This document shows, one piece after another, positions 46,855 to 57,420 of a DNA stretch of 64,000 nt. The stretch spans positions 25,209 to 89,208 of the IMG/VR virus record IMGVR_UViG_3300005077_000712; one strand, written 5' to 3'. The notes beneath the pieces were generated by a model. That model saw only the letters and a program-made list of their open reading frames with translations. It did no database searches and was not told where the DNA came from. This DNA is from a virus. Lineage: Duplodnaviria; Caudoviricetes. A program made the translations under genes and the position numbers. Within the stretch, counting starts at the first letter, position 1, and each line of letters opens with the position of its first letter.

Positions 46855-47925
46855 TTAGTCTCCTTTTAATATTATATCTATCATATCTTGAGTATTAAAG
46901 TTATTTTTTTTAAATATTTCTTCGTTGTTTATAGCAAATTCTTTAATAATTGATTCTGAATCTTGTTTAATAAAATCATCCCATCCATCTACAACAGAAA
47001 TTTCATGTTGTTGTGAATCCTCTTGTGTAATTTTTACATCATAATTATTTTTTAATAAATCATATCTTAATTTAATTATTTTTTCTTGACTAAGTTTAGC
47101 AGGGGCAAAAAGTCTAACATAATAACCACCTTCTTTCATTATTGTTTTAATCATTGGAAGATTTTCTTTATTAATTTTTAAAGTTATATATTTTGGTGAA
47201 AATGTATTAGCTTTAAACTCAAGTAGTTCTTCATTATCAGTATCATAATAAGCAAATCCATGAATTGAATATTCATCACCATGTCTTAATTGAATAGGAC
47301 TTCCTATATAAGTTATATTATTTTTATTTTGATGCCCATGATAATGTCCAAGAAAAACATGAGTAAATTTTTTAAGAAATGATGGGGTTATTTCTGATGT
47401 TTTATCTAAAACTTCTTCATAAAAAGTATTGTTTGTATAATTATTCATTACAAAACCATTTACACCAAAATGACCAAATAAGTAATTTTTCTTTTCTTTT
47501 ATTTCTATCTCATTAATTTTATTTATAAGTTTATTTTCATGTATGTATGGTAAAAAATGAAAATCTATATTAGAATTATTGAATTTAAAATATGAATCTA
47601 TAACAGTAATATTTTTTTTATTTTCAAAAATATTAGGAAGATTTAATGTTGAATCAGATGCAGAAGCCATATCATGATTTCCAACAATTATATATACATG
47701 ACAATAAGAACTAAATGAATCTATACGTCTTGTAATATTTATTAGGCCTTCTGTAGATGTCATTACTTTTGTATCAAAGAGATCACCCATAATTACAAGG
47801 AAGTCAGGTTTTTTTTCTTCTATATACTTTTCAAGATGATCTAATGTTTCAGTTATGTGTTCAAATTTTTTATTATTCTTTTCCCATATATTTATATGAA
47901 GATCGCCTACCATTATAAACTTCAT
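46855..47925 (-). CDS. sbcD: SbcD/Mre11-like nuclease (T4 gp47-like)
   Basis: GDLH, GDLFD, GNHD, GHYH. Confidence 0.93.
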   Translation of the reverse strand: MKFIMVGDLHINIWEKNNKKFEHITETLDHLEKYIEEKKPDFLVIMGDLFDTKVMTSTEGLINITRRIDSFSSYCHVYIIVGNHDMASASDSTLNLPNIFENKKNITVIDSYFKFNNSNIDFHFLPYIHENKLINKINEIEIKEKKNYLFGHFGVNGFVMNNYTNNTFYEEVLDKTSEITPSFLKKFTHVFLGHYHGHQNKNNITYIGSPIQLRHGDEYSIHGFAYYDTDNEELLEFKANTFSPKYITLKINKENLPMIKTIMKEGGYYVRLFAPAKLSQEKIIKLRYDLLKNNYDVKITQEDSQQHEISVVDGWDDFIKQDSESIIKEFAINNEEIFKKNNFNTQDMIDIILKGD

Positions 47926-47998
47926 TTATACCTCACTTTAAAATATTATATAAAATTTAAATATAAAACATTTAAAAAAAATATTTATAAAAATGTTT

Positions 47999-48132
47999 AA
48001 AAAAAATTAAATTATTTATTTTTTTAACAATACAATAACCTTGTGGAAAGGGTTGTAGTGTTAAATATATTAAGGTATTTAATATATTAAATACTTCTTA
48101 AATATTCTAAGGATTTGGAAATTTATTGACAA
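47999..48132 (+). repeat. Copy 2 of the ~134-bp inverted repeat
   Basis: Palindrome GTATTTAATATATTAAATAC at 48075-48094; TTGACA at 48126. Confidence 0.9.
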
Positions 48133-48184
48133 AAATTTTAATAAAAAAAATAAATGTTTTTTTTCTTTTGTGATATAATGAAGT

Positions 48185-48520
48185 ATGATAATAAAATATT
48201 ATAACAAGAAAATAAATGATTTTGTTAAACTTGCTAAACAATATTGTAAAGAGAATGATATTGAGTATAGTTTTAAGGATTTTTTAAATCATAAAAAGAA
48301 TGATATATGTAGTCCTGCATATTATTATTTACATTTATGTCCAAGTTTATTTTTGGCAAATAGTAAATCTTTTATGGAATATTATCATACATTAGATGAT
48401 GATTTCAGAAATGATATTATAACAAGAACACAAATAAAGGAAGATTTAATTTTATTAAAGAGACACAAACCATTACTAAGGATGATAAAGAAAAAATTAG
48501 GTGAGGATTCGATTTTATAG
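48185..48520 (+). CDS. Hypothetical protein
   Basis: 111 aa; preceded by TG-A-TATAAT (extended -10-like). Confidence 0.55.
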   Translation: MIIKYYNKKINDFVKLAKQYCKENDIEYSFKDFLNHKKNDICSPAYYYLHLCPSLFLANSKSFMEYYHTLDDDFRNDIITRTQIKEDLILLKRHKPLLRMIKKKLGEDSIL

Positions 48521-48535
48521 GAATGGTTATGATAT

Positions 48536-49060
48536 ATGTTATTTTTAAGAACTAATGATAGTGTAGAAATTGCTACCAATAATGGACAAATTACTTTTAA
48601 CACGCATAATAGAAAAGGTAATGAAATAATTAAATTTAAATTAGAGAATGGAGTAATTTCATATTTTAATGAATTATTAATTACAAAGATGATACCAAAA
48701 AAATCAATTAATATGTTAAAATATCATCCTATAAAAATGGTATTAACAGATAATCAAAATGTATTAGCCTTTCAAGATTTAGATTGTAAGGTTAAATTTC
48801 TTGTTATAGATGATGCAGGAAAGATTACACAAAAAGAGTTTGATAATTTAACACAAGATGATTCTATTCTTTGCTATGATGGAGAAGATTGGTATATAGA
48901 TGATGTAGAATCAATATCAGTTATTTATTATGATGAAGATAAAGAAGTTATAGATGAAGAATTAGATGAAGATGATAAATTTGAAGATATGGAATTAAGT
49001 AATTATATAATTTCTTCAGAAAATGGTGGTATTATAATTAATAATATATTCATTATATAA
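48536..49060 (+). CDS. Hypothetical protein, possibly a degenerate Hint fold
   Basis: 174-aa ORF. Confidence 0.5.
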   Translation: MLFLRTNDSVEIATNNGQITFNTHNRKGNEIIKFKLENGVISYFNELLITKMIPKKSINMLKYHPIKMVLTDNQNVLAFQDLDCKVKFLVIDDAGKITQKEFDNLTQDDSILCYDGEDWYIDDVESISVIYYDEDKEVIDEELDEDDKFEDMELSNYIISSENGGIIINNIFII

Positions 49061-49129
49061 AGTAGTTAAAATGTAATTTTTATATATGTAAAATATCTAA
49101 AATAAAAAAGTATATAAATGGAGTTATAA

Positions 49130-50092
49130 ATGGTAAGAAATTTTGAAAGTTTTCAAGAAGGTCATTGGTATATTTATACTGGGATAAAAAGAGAGGGTGG
49201 ATGGAATGATAATGGTTATATGGATTTTGTGTTAGGTCATAAACCTCAAAAATGTGTGCATGGTTATTATGATAACGCTATGTTTATATGTGCAAATAGC
49301 AAAGAGCATGTTCAATGGAGATGGGGAAATGGTTTTGATAACTGGATTGAAATTAGAGACCCTAATAGAATCTGGTGGATAAAAGCAGGTGAAAAGTATT
49401 ATAGTAGGACACTAAATAAAATATTTATTAATACTTCTGATCACAGTCAACCTTGCTCTGGCGCTCCTTTTTATACTCTTATAGATTCAAAATGTATTGA
49501 AGATGATGATAAGACTGAAGAATTTAAAGTAGGAGATACAGTAAAAATAATTAAAAAATTTGGAAAAGGGGATATTAGTTGGTGTCCAGAAATGGATGAA
49601 TATATAGGAGACTTTGGTAAAATTGAAACAATAGAGAATGAAAGAAATGGATATAAAATTAGGTTTCAAGATAATGATTGCTGGTGGTTTTGTAAAGAAA
49701 GTTTAGAAAAAATTAATCTATTAGAAGATTTATCTGCTAAATACAAAGTAGGAGATAAAGTAAGAATAGGGGAAATAGTAGAGAAATGGAGAGGTAATTC
49801 ATGGGTATCTGAAATGGATAGGTTTGTAGGTCAGGTAGTAACAATTTGTAAACAAGTAGATGAGTTTCAATTTAAAATAGAAGAGGATTCATATCTTTGT
49901 AGTTTCCCTTATGAATGTATAGATGAAAGTTATGATAATAAACATTATTCTATGTCTCCTCCTAACATGCCTATATTTGCAATGAAATTTACTTATGATA
50001 ACAAAAGATTAGAAAAACAAAAGTTCACTAAACCAAAGACTAATAAAATAAGTTTTAAAGTTAAAAAGAGTACAAAAAAATTTGCAATATAA
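49130..50092 (+). CDS. Hypothetical protein with two KOW/SH3-like repeats
   Basis: FKVGDTVKI..W.PEMDEYIG and YKVGDKVRI..WVSEMDRFVG. Confidence 0.65.
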   Translation: MVRNFESFQEGHWYIYTGIKREGGWNDNGYMDFVLGHKPQKCVHGYYDNAMFICANSKEHVQWRWGNGFDNWIEIRDPNRIWWIKAGEKYYSRTLNKIFINTSDHSQPCSGAPFYTLIDSKCIEDDDKTEEFKVGDTVKIIKKFGKGDISWCPEMDEYIGDFGKIETIENERNGYKIRFQDNDCWWFCKESLEKINLLEDLSAKYKVGDKVRIGEIVEKWRGNSWVSEMDRFVGQVVTICKQVDEFQFKIEEDSYLCSFPYECIDESYDNKHYSMSPPNMPIFAMKFTYDNKRLEKQKFTKPKTNKISFKVKKSTKKFAI

Positions 50093-50106
50093 TTAGGAGG
50101 CTTAAT

Positions 50107-50376
50107 ATGGTTGATATAAATAAATTATATAGTTATATTAAAATAATTGATAGCAGACAAGATGAAACTCTTAATTGTTTATATGATGCAGGTTTATTAT
50201 CTATACAAGAAATTTATGAAAAATGTGCAAAATTATTGTATGAAACTGGAAAAATTGCTCGAAGGTATCCAAAAGATAAATTGTCTGATTTAGAACTTGA
50301 TGTATTTCATCATAGTAAATTAACAATTTTTGATAATGACGGTTCATTATTTTATTTAGGCGTAAAATTAAATTAA
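50107..50376 (+). CDS. Hypothetical protein
   Basis: AGGAGG RBS. Confidence 0.6.
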   Translation: MVDINKLYSYIKIIDSRQDETLNCLYDAGLLSIQEIYEKCAKLLYETGKIARRYPKDKLSDLELDVFHHSKLTIFDNDGSLFYLGVKLN

Positions 50377-50400
50377 AATATAATTAGGAGAGTAAAGACT

Positions 50401-50694
50401 ATGGCAGAAGTAAGATTGTTTGACAGAATTATGAAAGAAGAGGATAAAGTATTTGATGAAAAAATGCTCCCTCTTATTGAGCAGGAAGTGAAAGCTAATT
50501 TCCAAGCAACGAAAAGAGAAGGCGAGAAGATGAAAATTTCTCTTGAAAAAGATTCATGGAGTGATCTACTGAGTGATCCTGCCACATTTGATGTCGATGC
50601 AATGGCAAATCGAAAACTTGAGATTGAAGCAATTGATAAAAAAATTGTTGTAATTGAAAAACTATATGAAGAATTATTTGCTGAAAAAATGTAG
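50401..50694 (+). CDS. Hypothetical coiled-coil protein
   Basis: AGGAG RBS. Confidence 0.6.
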   Translation: MAEVRLFDRIMKEEDKVFDEKMLPLIEQEVKANFQATKREGEKMKISLEKDSWSDLLSDPATFDVDAMANRKLEIEAIDKKIVVIEKLYEELFAEKM

Positions 50695-50726
50695 TTTGGA
50701 TATTAAAATAATAAAAGGAGAAAAAA

Positions 50727-51095
50727 ATGAGAAAGTCATTTAAACATGGAGATTATCAAGTAAGATTTAGAGATTATAATAATTTAGTTGTATATTGTGA
50801 TATTTCATTTATGTTAAATGAAATTAATTCATGGGATTATAAAAAAGTGACTGGTAAAGCATTTCTTCATAAAGATGATACGTTTAACATCATAGAAGGA
50901 AGAAAAATTGCCTTTGATAAAGCAATAAAAAAAGTAAATCATATCTTTACAGTAATCACAAATGAAAAAGAAAAGGAACTTAAAAATATTTATTCAATTA
51001 GAGATAGAGCAATTAATGGCATATCTCATAGATATGAAAAGTTTGAAAGAAAAGAAGGAAAAAGAAAACCACCAAAGGCAAAAGAAGTTGTTTAG
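50727..51095 (+). CDS. Conserved phage hypothetical protein
   Basis: GKAFLHKDDTFNIIEGRKIAF. Confidence 0.6.
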   Translation: MRKSFKHGDYQVRFRDYNNLVVYCDISFMLNEINSWDYKKVTGKAFLHKDDTFNIIEGRKIAFDKAIKKVNHIFTVITNEKEKELKNIYSIRDRAINGISHRYEKFERKEGKRKPPKAKEVV

Positions 51096-51735
51096 TTACT
51101 ATGGTGCAAAAACAAAGATAATCAAACACTACCCAAAACCAACATATAAAACTATAGTTGAACCTTTTGCTGGTAGTGCAAGATATTCTTTGGAATATTT
51201 TGAAAATAATATAATTCTTTATGAATTATTTGATAAAGTATATCTTATATGGAAGTATCTTATTCAAGCTACAGAAAAGGATATATTATTTTTACCTGAT
51301 TTAAAAGTTGGTGATAATACTAAAAATATTAAAAGTCTTTCTGATGTAGAAAGATGGTTAATTGGCTATCATATTGGTAGAGGATCTGCAAGACCAAGTT
51401 ATAAGGTTAATGAAAGATGTAGGTGGAATACTGATAAGATAAGAATTGCAAATAATTTATTTAAAATTAGACATTGGAAAATATATCAAGAAGATGGAAC
51501 TAATAATGAATGGAATGATGCAACTTATTTTATAGATCCTCCTTATATGGTACAAAAACATGGTTATAATTTTAAAAATGTAAATTATAATCATATAAAA
51601 GAAAAGATAGAAAATGGTAAAGGACAATTTATTGTTTGTGGAAATTCTACAGATACATGGATAGATTTTAAGCCACTTGTAACAATGATGGGGAATAGCA
51701 AACAACATATTGAATGTGTTTATATAAAGGAGTAA
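51088..51735 (+). CDS. DNA adenine methyltransferase (D12/Dam class)
   Basis: FSYYGAK, VEPFAGSA, YFIDPPY; probable TTG start. Confidence 0.85.
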   Translation: MFSYYGAKTKIIKHYPKPTYKTIVEPFAGSARYSLEYFENNIILYELFDKVYLIWKYLIQATEKDILFLPDLKVGDNTKNIKSLSDVERWLIGYHIGRGSARPSYKVNERCRWNTDKIRIANNLFKIRHWKIYQEDGTNNEWNDATYFIDPPYMVQKHGYNFKNVNYNHIKEKIENGKGQFIVCGNSTDTWIDFKPLVTMMGNSKQHIECVYIKE

Positions 51736-51737
51736 AT

Positions 51738-52223
51738 ATGAAAGATAAAATTTATGAAATCCATTTAGGAGATGGTTTTAAATATCATTTAATGTATGAC
51801 TCAATACTTTATACAAAAAATGAATGTTGGGATGCTGATATTAAAACAGCTATGGCAAGAAATAAACCAATACTTCATAAAGATACTCCCGTAATTCTCA
51901 TGGAAGTATTTACAAATCTTTATGGTGAATTTGTAAGATGTGATGTAGGTGGAACAATATATGATTTAGATCCAAAAGATTTATATTATAAACAAAATAA
52001 AAATTTATTTAAAAAGAATAAATTTTATAAACATAAAGATGGAACATATATAGCAGTTCTTGATTATTTACAAACTCATGCTTATGGGAGAGCATTGATG
52101 GCAGAAGTGATTTCAGATACATCACAAAGTATGTTTAAAAAAGTTCAGGATGATGTAGAGTATGATGAGAATTGGGAAGAAATTACTGAAGAACAATGGA
52201 TAGAAAAATTTAGGAGTATTTAA
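51738..52223 (+). CDS. Hypothetical protein
   Basis: AAGGAG RBS before MKDKIY. Confidence 0.6.
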   Translation: MKDKIYEIHLGDGFKYHLMYDSILYTKNECWDADIKTAMARNKPILHKDTPVILMEVFTNLYGEFVRCDVGGTIYDLDPKDLYYKQNKNLFKKNKFYKHKDGTYIAVLDYLQTHAYGRALMAEVISDTSQSMFKKVQDDVEYDENWEEITEEQWIEKFRSI

Positions 52224-52226
52224 TTT

Positions 52227-52403
52227 ATGGTTTATGAATATAAGTGTAAAGTATGTAAATTTGTTTTTGATATGAGTCATGGTATGAATGAATCTCCTGA
52301 AATAAAATGCCCTAAATGTGGTGAAGATTCTCATAAGATATTTACCACAAGTGATCCTATTTATAAAGCGAGTGGATTTTATAGAACGGACAATAAGAAA
52401 TGA
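52227..52403 (+). CDS. FmdB-family zinc-ribbon protein
   Basis: MVYEYKCKVC...CPKCG...YKASGFYRTD; not in the ORF track. Confidence 0.85.
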   Translation: MVYEYKCKVCKFVFDMSHGMNESPEIKCPKCGEDSHKIFTTSDPIYKASGFYRTDNKK

Positions 52404-52558
52404 AAATATTTTTGATTAAAATTTATAATAAGATTGTTTTAAACCTTGCATCATTATTAATTAATATTTCAAAAGATTATACTAATTGTAATTATATAGT
52501 AAAATATGATGTAAGATATTATTTAAAAAATTATAAAGGTAAAGTAAGTAAATAAATT

Positions 52559-53089
52559 ATGAGTCAAAAACCCATTACAATTATTGTTGGTAAATCAGGG
52601 TCAGGAAAGAATTATATACCTGAAGCATTAGGTCTCACATTAACTCCTGGATATACTACGAGAGAGTTAAGACCTACAGATAATTCATGTTTGAAGAGGA
52701 TGGAATCATTAAATATAGATGAAGTAAAAGATTTTATTTGTGGTGAAACATTTTTTAATGATAATTGGTATTTTACTTATATAGAGGATTTTAATAATTA
52801 TAAATATGATTTTGTTATTCTTTCTAAAGAGGGGTTACAAAATATTTTGATTAAGAAAGAATTTCAGAAAGAATTTTTTAAAAAAAATGAAAAAAATTTT
52901 AGAGAATTTTTAATTCGTGATTATAATATAATATATATAGAATGTACCTTAATTAAACGATTTCTTAATATGTATAAAAGGGGTGATTCTTTAAAAAATA
53001 TCATTAAACGATTAATACATGATAGAAAAGCTTTTAAAGGTATAAAGCAGATTGTATTAAATAATGATGGTAAAATTATAAAATTGTAA
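52559..53089 (+). CDS. Guanylate kinase-like nucleotide kinase
   Basis: GKSGSGKN, YTTRELR. Confidence 0.75.
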   Translation: MSQKPITIIVGKSGSGKNYIPEALGLTLTPGYTTRELRPTDNSCLKRMESLNIDEVKDFICGETFFNDNWYFTYIEDFNNYKYDFVILSKEGLQNILIKKEFQKEFFKKNEKNFREFLIRDYNIIYIECTLIKRFLNMYKRGDSLKNIIKRLIHDRKAFKGIKQIVLNNDGKIIKL

Positions 53090-53153
53090 TTTAATTCTAT
53101 CACCTTTAAGGGGTAGATTAAATAAATAAAAACAATTAATAAGGAGGTATGCT

Positions 53154-53618
53154 ATGAGAAATAGACACATGGCATGTTTACCACAAACAGATTTAATCGA
53201 TTCTTTTTTTAATGATTTCAATACGTTTTTTAACGTAACATTTCCAGACATTACAATACCTGACATTTCAAAAAATATTGAAGGGTATCCTGTAGCAAAT
53301 GTTTTTACAAACAAAGATGGAGATGTAAAATTTGAAATTGCTGTTACAGGATTTACAGAAAAAGAACTTTCTGTATCTATTGAGAATGGTCTTCTTACTA
53401 TAAAAGGTGAGAAAGAAGATGACAAAGAAAAAGAAGATGATGGTTGGAGATTTGTAGCAGGTAAGTTGAAACATTCAACATTTGAAAAACGCTATAGATT
53501 GTCAAATAAGATGGATATTGACAAAATGAATGCAAAAATTAAAGATGGTGTTTTAACTATTTTAATTAGGAGTAAAGAAGATGTAAAACCTAAAGAAATA
53601 CCAATTACTGTTGGTTAA
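53154..53618 (+). CDS. Small heat-shock protein (Hsp20)
   Basis: YPVANV...FEIAVTGF...LLTIKGEK...AKIKDGVLTI. Confidence 0.92.
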   Translation: MRNRHMACLPQTDLIDSFFNDFNTFFNVTFPDITIPDISKNIEGYPVANVFTNKDGDVKFEIAVTGFTEKELSVSIENGLLTIKGEKEDDKEKEDDGWRFVAGKLKHSTFEKRYRLSNKMDIDKMNAKIKDGVLTILIRSKEDVKPKEIPITVG

Positions 53619-53640
53619 AAATAAATGGTTTTAATTTATA

Positions 53641-53668
53641 AAAAGCATGGAAAAATCCATGCTTTTTT
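53641..53668 (+). terminator. Intrinsic terminator
   Basis: AAAAGCATGG-AAAAAT-CCATGCTTTT. Confidence 0.85.
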
Positions 53669-53693
53669 ATTTATATATTAAATATAATTATAT

Positions 53694-54032
53694 ATGGAAA
53701 AGAAACATTATATTTATTTAATAAAAAATCGTAATTATACTCTATTTAAAATTGGATATACGAGTAACAATCCTGAAAAAAGATTTAAGAATTATATAAG
53801 TCATAATCCTGAAGTTGTACCTATTGATTATTGGGAAGTCCCAAATAAACGATTTGAAAATTATGTCAGGTGTGAAGTTTTAAAACTTGGGTTTATATAT
53901 ATTGATATAAAACATCAAAAAGAATGGATGTGCGGTAATCTGTTTAAAATGGAAGTAGATAATATAATTAAAAAATTAAAGGAACAACATAATGTCTTAC
54001 AAACAAATGGACTTCACAATATCGTTTCATAA
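53694..54032 (+). CDS. GIY-YIG/T5orf172-like protein
   Basis: YIYLIK...FKIGYTSNNPEKR. Confidence 0.75.
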   Translation: MEKKHYIYLIKNRNYTLFKIGYTSNNPEKRFKNYISHNPEVVPIDYWEVPNKRFENYVRCEVLKLGFIYIDIKHQKEWMCGNLFKMEVDNIIKKLKEQHNVLQTNGLHNIVS

Positions 54033-54777
54033 CCAATTAATAAAAAATTATATAATAGAAACTGATTTTGAAATTGTATTTCAAACATCTATTCAATCTA
54101 TAGAAAAATATTGTAAAGAAAAATATCCAACATTAATAACGCATAAACAATATTCAACAGATGAATTAGCTCAATTAGTATTAATGAAAAACTATATTAA
54201 AAAAAACCTTAATAGTAACGATATTACATACATACATAATTATTTTTATGAAAAACATTGGTTTGAGCCATTATCTTATATATCAAACATAACATCTATA
54301 AAATTAACAGATTATAATTGCAAAATGTGGTCTGATCCTGAATTACCATATCTTGAAATTAAAGGAATTATTTCTCTTGATTTAAAAAAATTAGTAGATT
54401 TATATTTAAACAAGAAAAAATATTATGATATAATTTTACCTTATAGTCAAAAAGTTGTATCAAAAGTTTCATCTATTAAATTTAATAGAGCCTTTCCATT
54501 ATATGTGACTTATAAAGGTGGAGTTGAATTTAGAAATCAGGTTTTAAATATTGTTAAAGATTATATAAAAAATAAGATACCAAATAATATTAAACAAGTT
54601 ATTGAAAAAAAAATGAAAATAAATAATATTGATGAATATAAAATGGAAGTTAATTGGAAATCTTCTGATGAAATTGAGATTAATATTAACGATGCGATGA
54701 AATTATTAAAATTAAAAATAAAAGAAAATTTCTTGCCAATGGCAGGTGGTTTTGTTTTATATAGGAATTTAAAATAA
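53992..54777 (+). CDS. Hypothetical protein
   Basis: 261-aa ORF. Confidence 0.55.
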   Translation: MSYKQMDFTISFHNQLIKNYIIETDFEIVFQTSIQSIEKYCKEKYPTLITHKQYSTDELAQLVLMKNYIKKNLNSNDITYIHNYFYEKHWFEPLSYISNITSIKLTDYNCKMWSDPELPYLEIKGIISLDLKKLVDLYLNKKKYYDIILPYSQKVVSKVSSIKFNRAFPLYVTYKGGVEFRNQVLNIVKDYIKNKIPNNIKQVIEKKMKINNIDEYKMEVNWKSSDEIEININDAMKLLKLKIKENFLPMAGGFVLYRNLK

Positions 54778-55713
54778 ATGTATAGTTTTCAAGAAGTATT
54801 TTCAAGCACAGCAAGCACGTCAACACATAAAACTCTTGGGAAAGATATAGAAGAAGTTATAAAAGATTTTTCTAATGTTGTGTTTGATAAAAATGCAATT
54901 ACAAATAATATAAAAAAAATATGTGTTTGTTTACCAGGAAATTTTCAACCATTTCATAATGGGCATTTAGTTACATATAAATTGCTTAGAAAATTATTTG
55001 GAGATGATTCAATATTTATCCTTCCATCAGCACAAAGAATATTCCCAAATAATCCGTTAACATTTGAACAAAGAAAAAAATTAATACTTAACTCAAGAGG
55101 ATTGACATTACATCCAAACCATATAAAACAAAGAAGAAGTAAAGGTTTTAAACATCTTGAACTAGCTAAAGATATAGGTATTTCAAATCAATTAAGTGAA
55201 TATATTTTTATAACAGTATTATCTATAGAAGATAGTTTATTAATGCCAACTGAAGATAAAGTAACTTATTATCAACCATATCCAGCAGAATTGTATGATA
55301 TAAATATAGATAAATTAAGAAATCTTACAAGATTTTTACCATCAATGGATAAATATGGCTTTAAATTTACAGTAGATGCTTTTGGTAGTGAAATACTTTA
55401 TGATTTTGGAAAGAAAGAACAAAGTAAATTTTCATTAATTAAAAATATTTTATTTAATATTAGTATTGAAGAAGTTAGAGAACAATTAGAATTTGATCAA
55501 TTAAAAGATTTAGAGAAAGTTCTTCCTTATGACCCAAAATTACTTTATAGTATGAAAGAGTTTTTTATAAATAATAATTATGATTATGAAAAAGAACAAG
55601 AAGAAAAAGAAGATAAACTTATTGATATGAAAAAAGATTTAGTACAACAATTAAATGAAAAAGAGGTGATTGAAAATGAGGTGATTGAAAATGAGCAAGA
55701 AAAATCAATTTGA
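54778..55713 (+). CDS. HIGH-motif nucleotidyltransferase-like protein
   Basis: LPGNFQPFHNGHL...NPLTFEQRKKLI. Confidence 0.7.
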   Translation: MYSFQEVFSSTASTSTHKTLGKDIEEVIKDFSNVVFDKNAITNNIKKICVCLPGNFQPFHNGHLVTYKLLRKLFGDDSIFILPSAQRIFPNNPLTFEQRKKLILNSRGLTLHPNHIKQRRSKGFKHLELAKDIGISNQLSEYIFITVLSIEDSLLMPTEDKVTYYQPYPAELYDINIDKLRNLTRFLPSMDKYGFKFTVDAFGSEILYDFGKKEQSKFSLIKNILFNISIEEVREQLEFDQLKDLEKVLPYDPKLLYSMKEFFINNNYDYEKEQEEKEDKLIDMKKDLVQQLNEKEVIENEVIENEQEKSI

Positions 55714-56068
55714 AGAAATAGAAAAAATATTTAATGATGCAATAAAACTAAAACCAATTAATGAAGTGACAAATTTCAAAGATGAAAGTGATTGGTCAGA
55801 TTATGATGATGAAAAAGATGAACGTGTATTAGATTTTGACCCAAATGAACTTGAAAAGTTAAATCCTTCATTCATCATGACACCTGATAAACCTAAATTA
55901 CAAAAAATTTCTGAAGAAGATATTCAAGATATAAAAAATGCTGCTAATACGGCTCTTATTGCATTAGGTGACATTGAAGCCATCTGTAAAAAATATCCAG
56001 CAGCTTTAAATACAGATTATTTAACAGATATTATGTATGAAATAAGAGATTTAATAGAAGATCTATAA
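55685..56068 (+). CDS. Hypothetical protein
   Basis: 127 aa, acidic. Confidence 0.55.
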   Translation: MKMSKKNQFEEIEKIFNDAIKLKPINEVTNFKDESDWSDYDDEKDERVLDFDPNELEKLNPSFIMTPDKPKLQKISEEDIQDIKNAANTALIALGDIEAICKKYPAALNTDYLTDIMYEIRDLIEDL

Positions 56069-56148
56069 TATGTATAAAACTAAAGAATATGATTTCATTG
56101 ATATTAATGAAGCAATAGAAGAAGAAGTTGAGAAAACTTTAAAACGTA

Positions 56149-57420
56149 TTGAGAAGAGAAAAGGAAATGATACAACAATTAAAAAATCAGAAAAATGATT
56201 ATGATAATTATTTAGAATCAATAGTTAGTAATTTTCTATCAAATACTATATCTAAAGCTAAATCAAAATTAGTACAAATGTTTTCTAAAGGTGATGCAGA
56301 ATTAATTTATGATGATGCTATAAATTCAATTAAAGAAAAATTTCCAAATGATTATAATGTGATTTTAAATAAGTTACAAGCTGTTAGTGAAATAGTTTTA
56401 TCAAAAAATAAGGATGATATTGCTTCTTTATTTCAAACGATGTTTGCTGAGTCTGATGAAGTAATTGTAGATGAACCTAAATTTTCTGAAATTAAAAAAG
56501 AAGTATTTCAAAGAGTTAGTAAAGGGTTTGTTCCTTCTGCTATGTTTTATCCTGTGTTAAAAATGTTTGAAGAGATTATGAAAATTTTAAATGGTGATAA
56601 AGAACTTCAAAATATTTCATTTAATCTTAATAGTGTAGAAATTGCATCAATTGTTGGTGCGTTTATAATGTTTACAGCATTTAAATTAGTAAAAGAAACT
56701 TATAAAGCTAAAAAAGAATATGTAAAATTAAAAACTAAAGAACTTGAACATGAAAAGATTAGGAAACAACAAATAAAAGAAAGAATCAATAAAGAATTTG
56801 ACAAAAAGTTATGGAAAAAGGAAGAAATGGATGAATGGATTTCACAAAAATTATGGTCTCCTGATGAGCTTGAAAAATTAATTGATGAAAGAATAAAAAA
56901 ACTTTCATATAAAGAGGAAGAAATGTCAGAATATTATAAACAATATCTTGAATCAGCTCAAGAAAATTCTTTATTTAATAAAGTAAATAAATTTAAAGAA
57001 ATAGTTAAATCATTTAAAAATATTACTATAAAAAAAGCAAAAGAAATGTTATATAGAATATTAAATAAATTAAGTGATGATGATTTGCAAAAATTAATTG
57101 AGCTGCCATCTCAAAATATTGTTAATGAAGATATTTATGATGAATCATTTAAAGATATACTTAAAAATGCAGGAAAGAATATTAGCGGTGCTGTTTTTGG
57201 GCCACTATCATTTTTACCTGCGTTTAATGTATGGGTTATAATTGACAAAGCTGTTTCAGAAGGTTCTTTTGATGTTTTAAATAATGCTGATAAAAATAGA
57301 TTAGCTATATATGCTTCTTTATATGCTGGATTAATTGGTGGTCAAGCATTAAAAAATATAATTAGAGATTATTTAAAAGAAAGAAAAAATAAAAAAAAGG
57401 AAGAAAATTATGAAATCTGA
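56149..57420 (+). CDS. Hypothetical membrane protein with two internal repeats
   Basis: Two similar blocks (AMFYPVLKMF / LSFLPAFNVW) each followed by a hydrophobic segment. Confidence 0.55.
   Translation: MRREKEMIQQLKNQKNDYDNYLESIVSNFLSNTISKAKSKLVQMFSKGDAELIYDDAINSIKEKFPNDYNVILNKLQAVSEIVLSKNKDDIASLFQTMFAESDEVIVDEPKFSEIKKEVFQRVSKGFVPSAMFYPVLKMFEEIMKILNGDKELQNISFNLNSVEIASIVGAFIMFTAFKLVKETYKAKKEYVKLKTKELEHEKIRKQQIKERINKEFDKKLWKKEEMDEWISQKLWSPDELEKLIDERIKKLSYKEEEMSEYYKQYLESAQENSLFNKVNKFKEIVKSFKNITIKKAKEMLYRILNKLSDDDLQKLIELPSQNIVNEDIYDESFKDILKNAGKNISGAVFGPLSFLPAFNVWVIIDKAVSEGSFDVLNNADKNRLAIYASLYAGLIGGQALKNIIRDYLKERKNKKKEENYEI

Noticed and set aside
53057-53474. Minus-strand ORFs over Hsp20
   Set aside because: They are antisense shadows.
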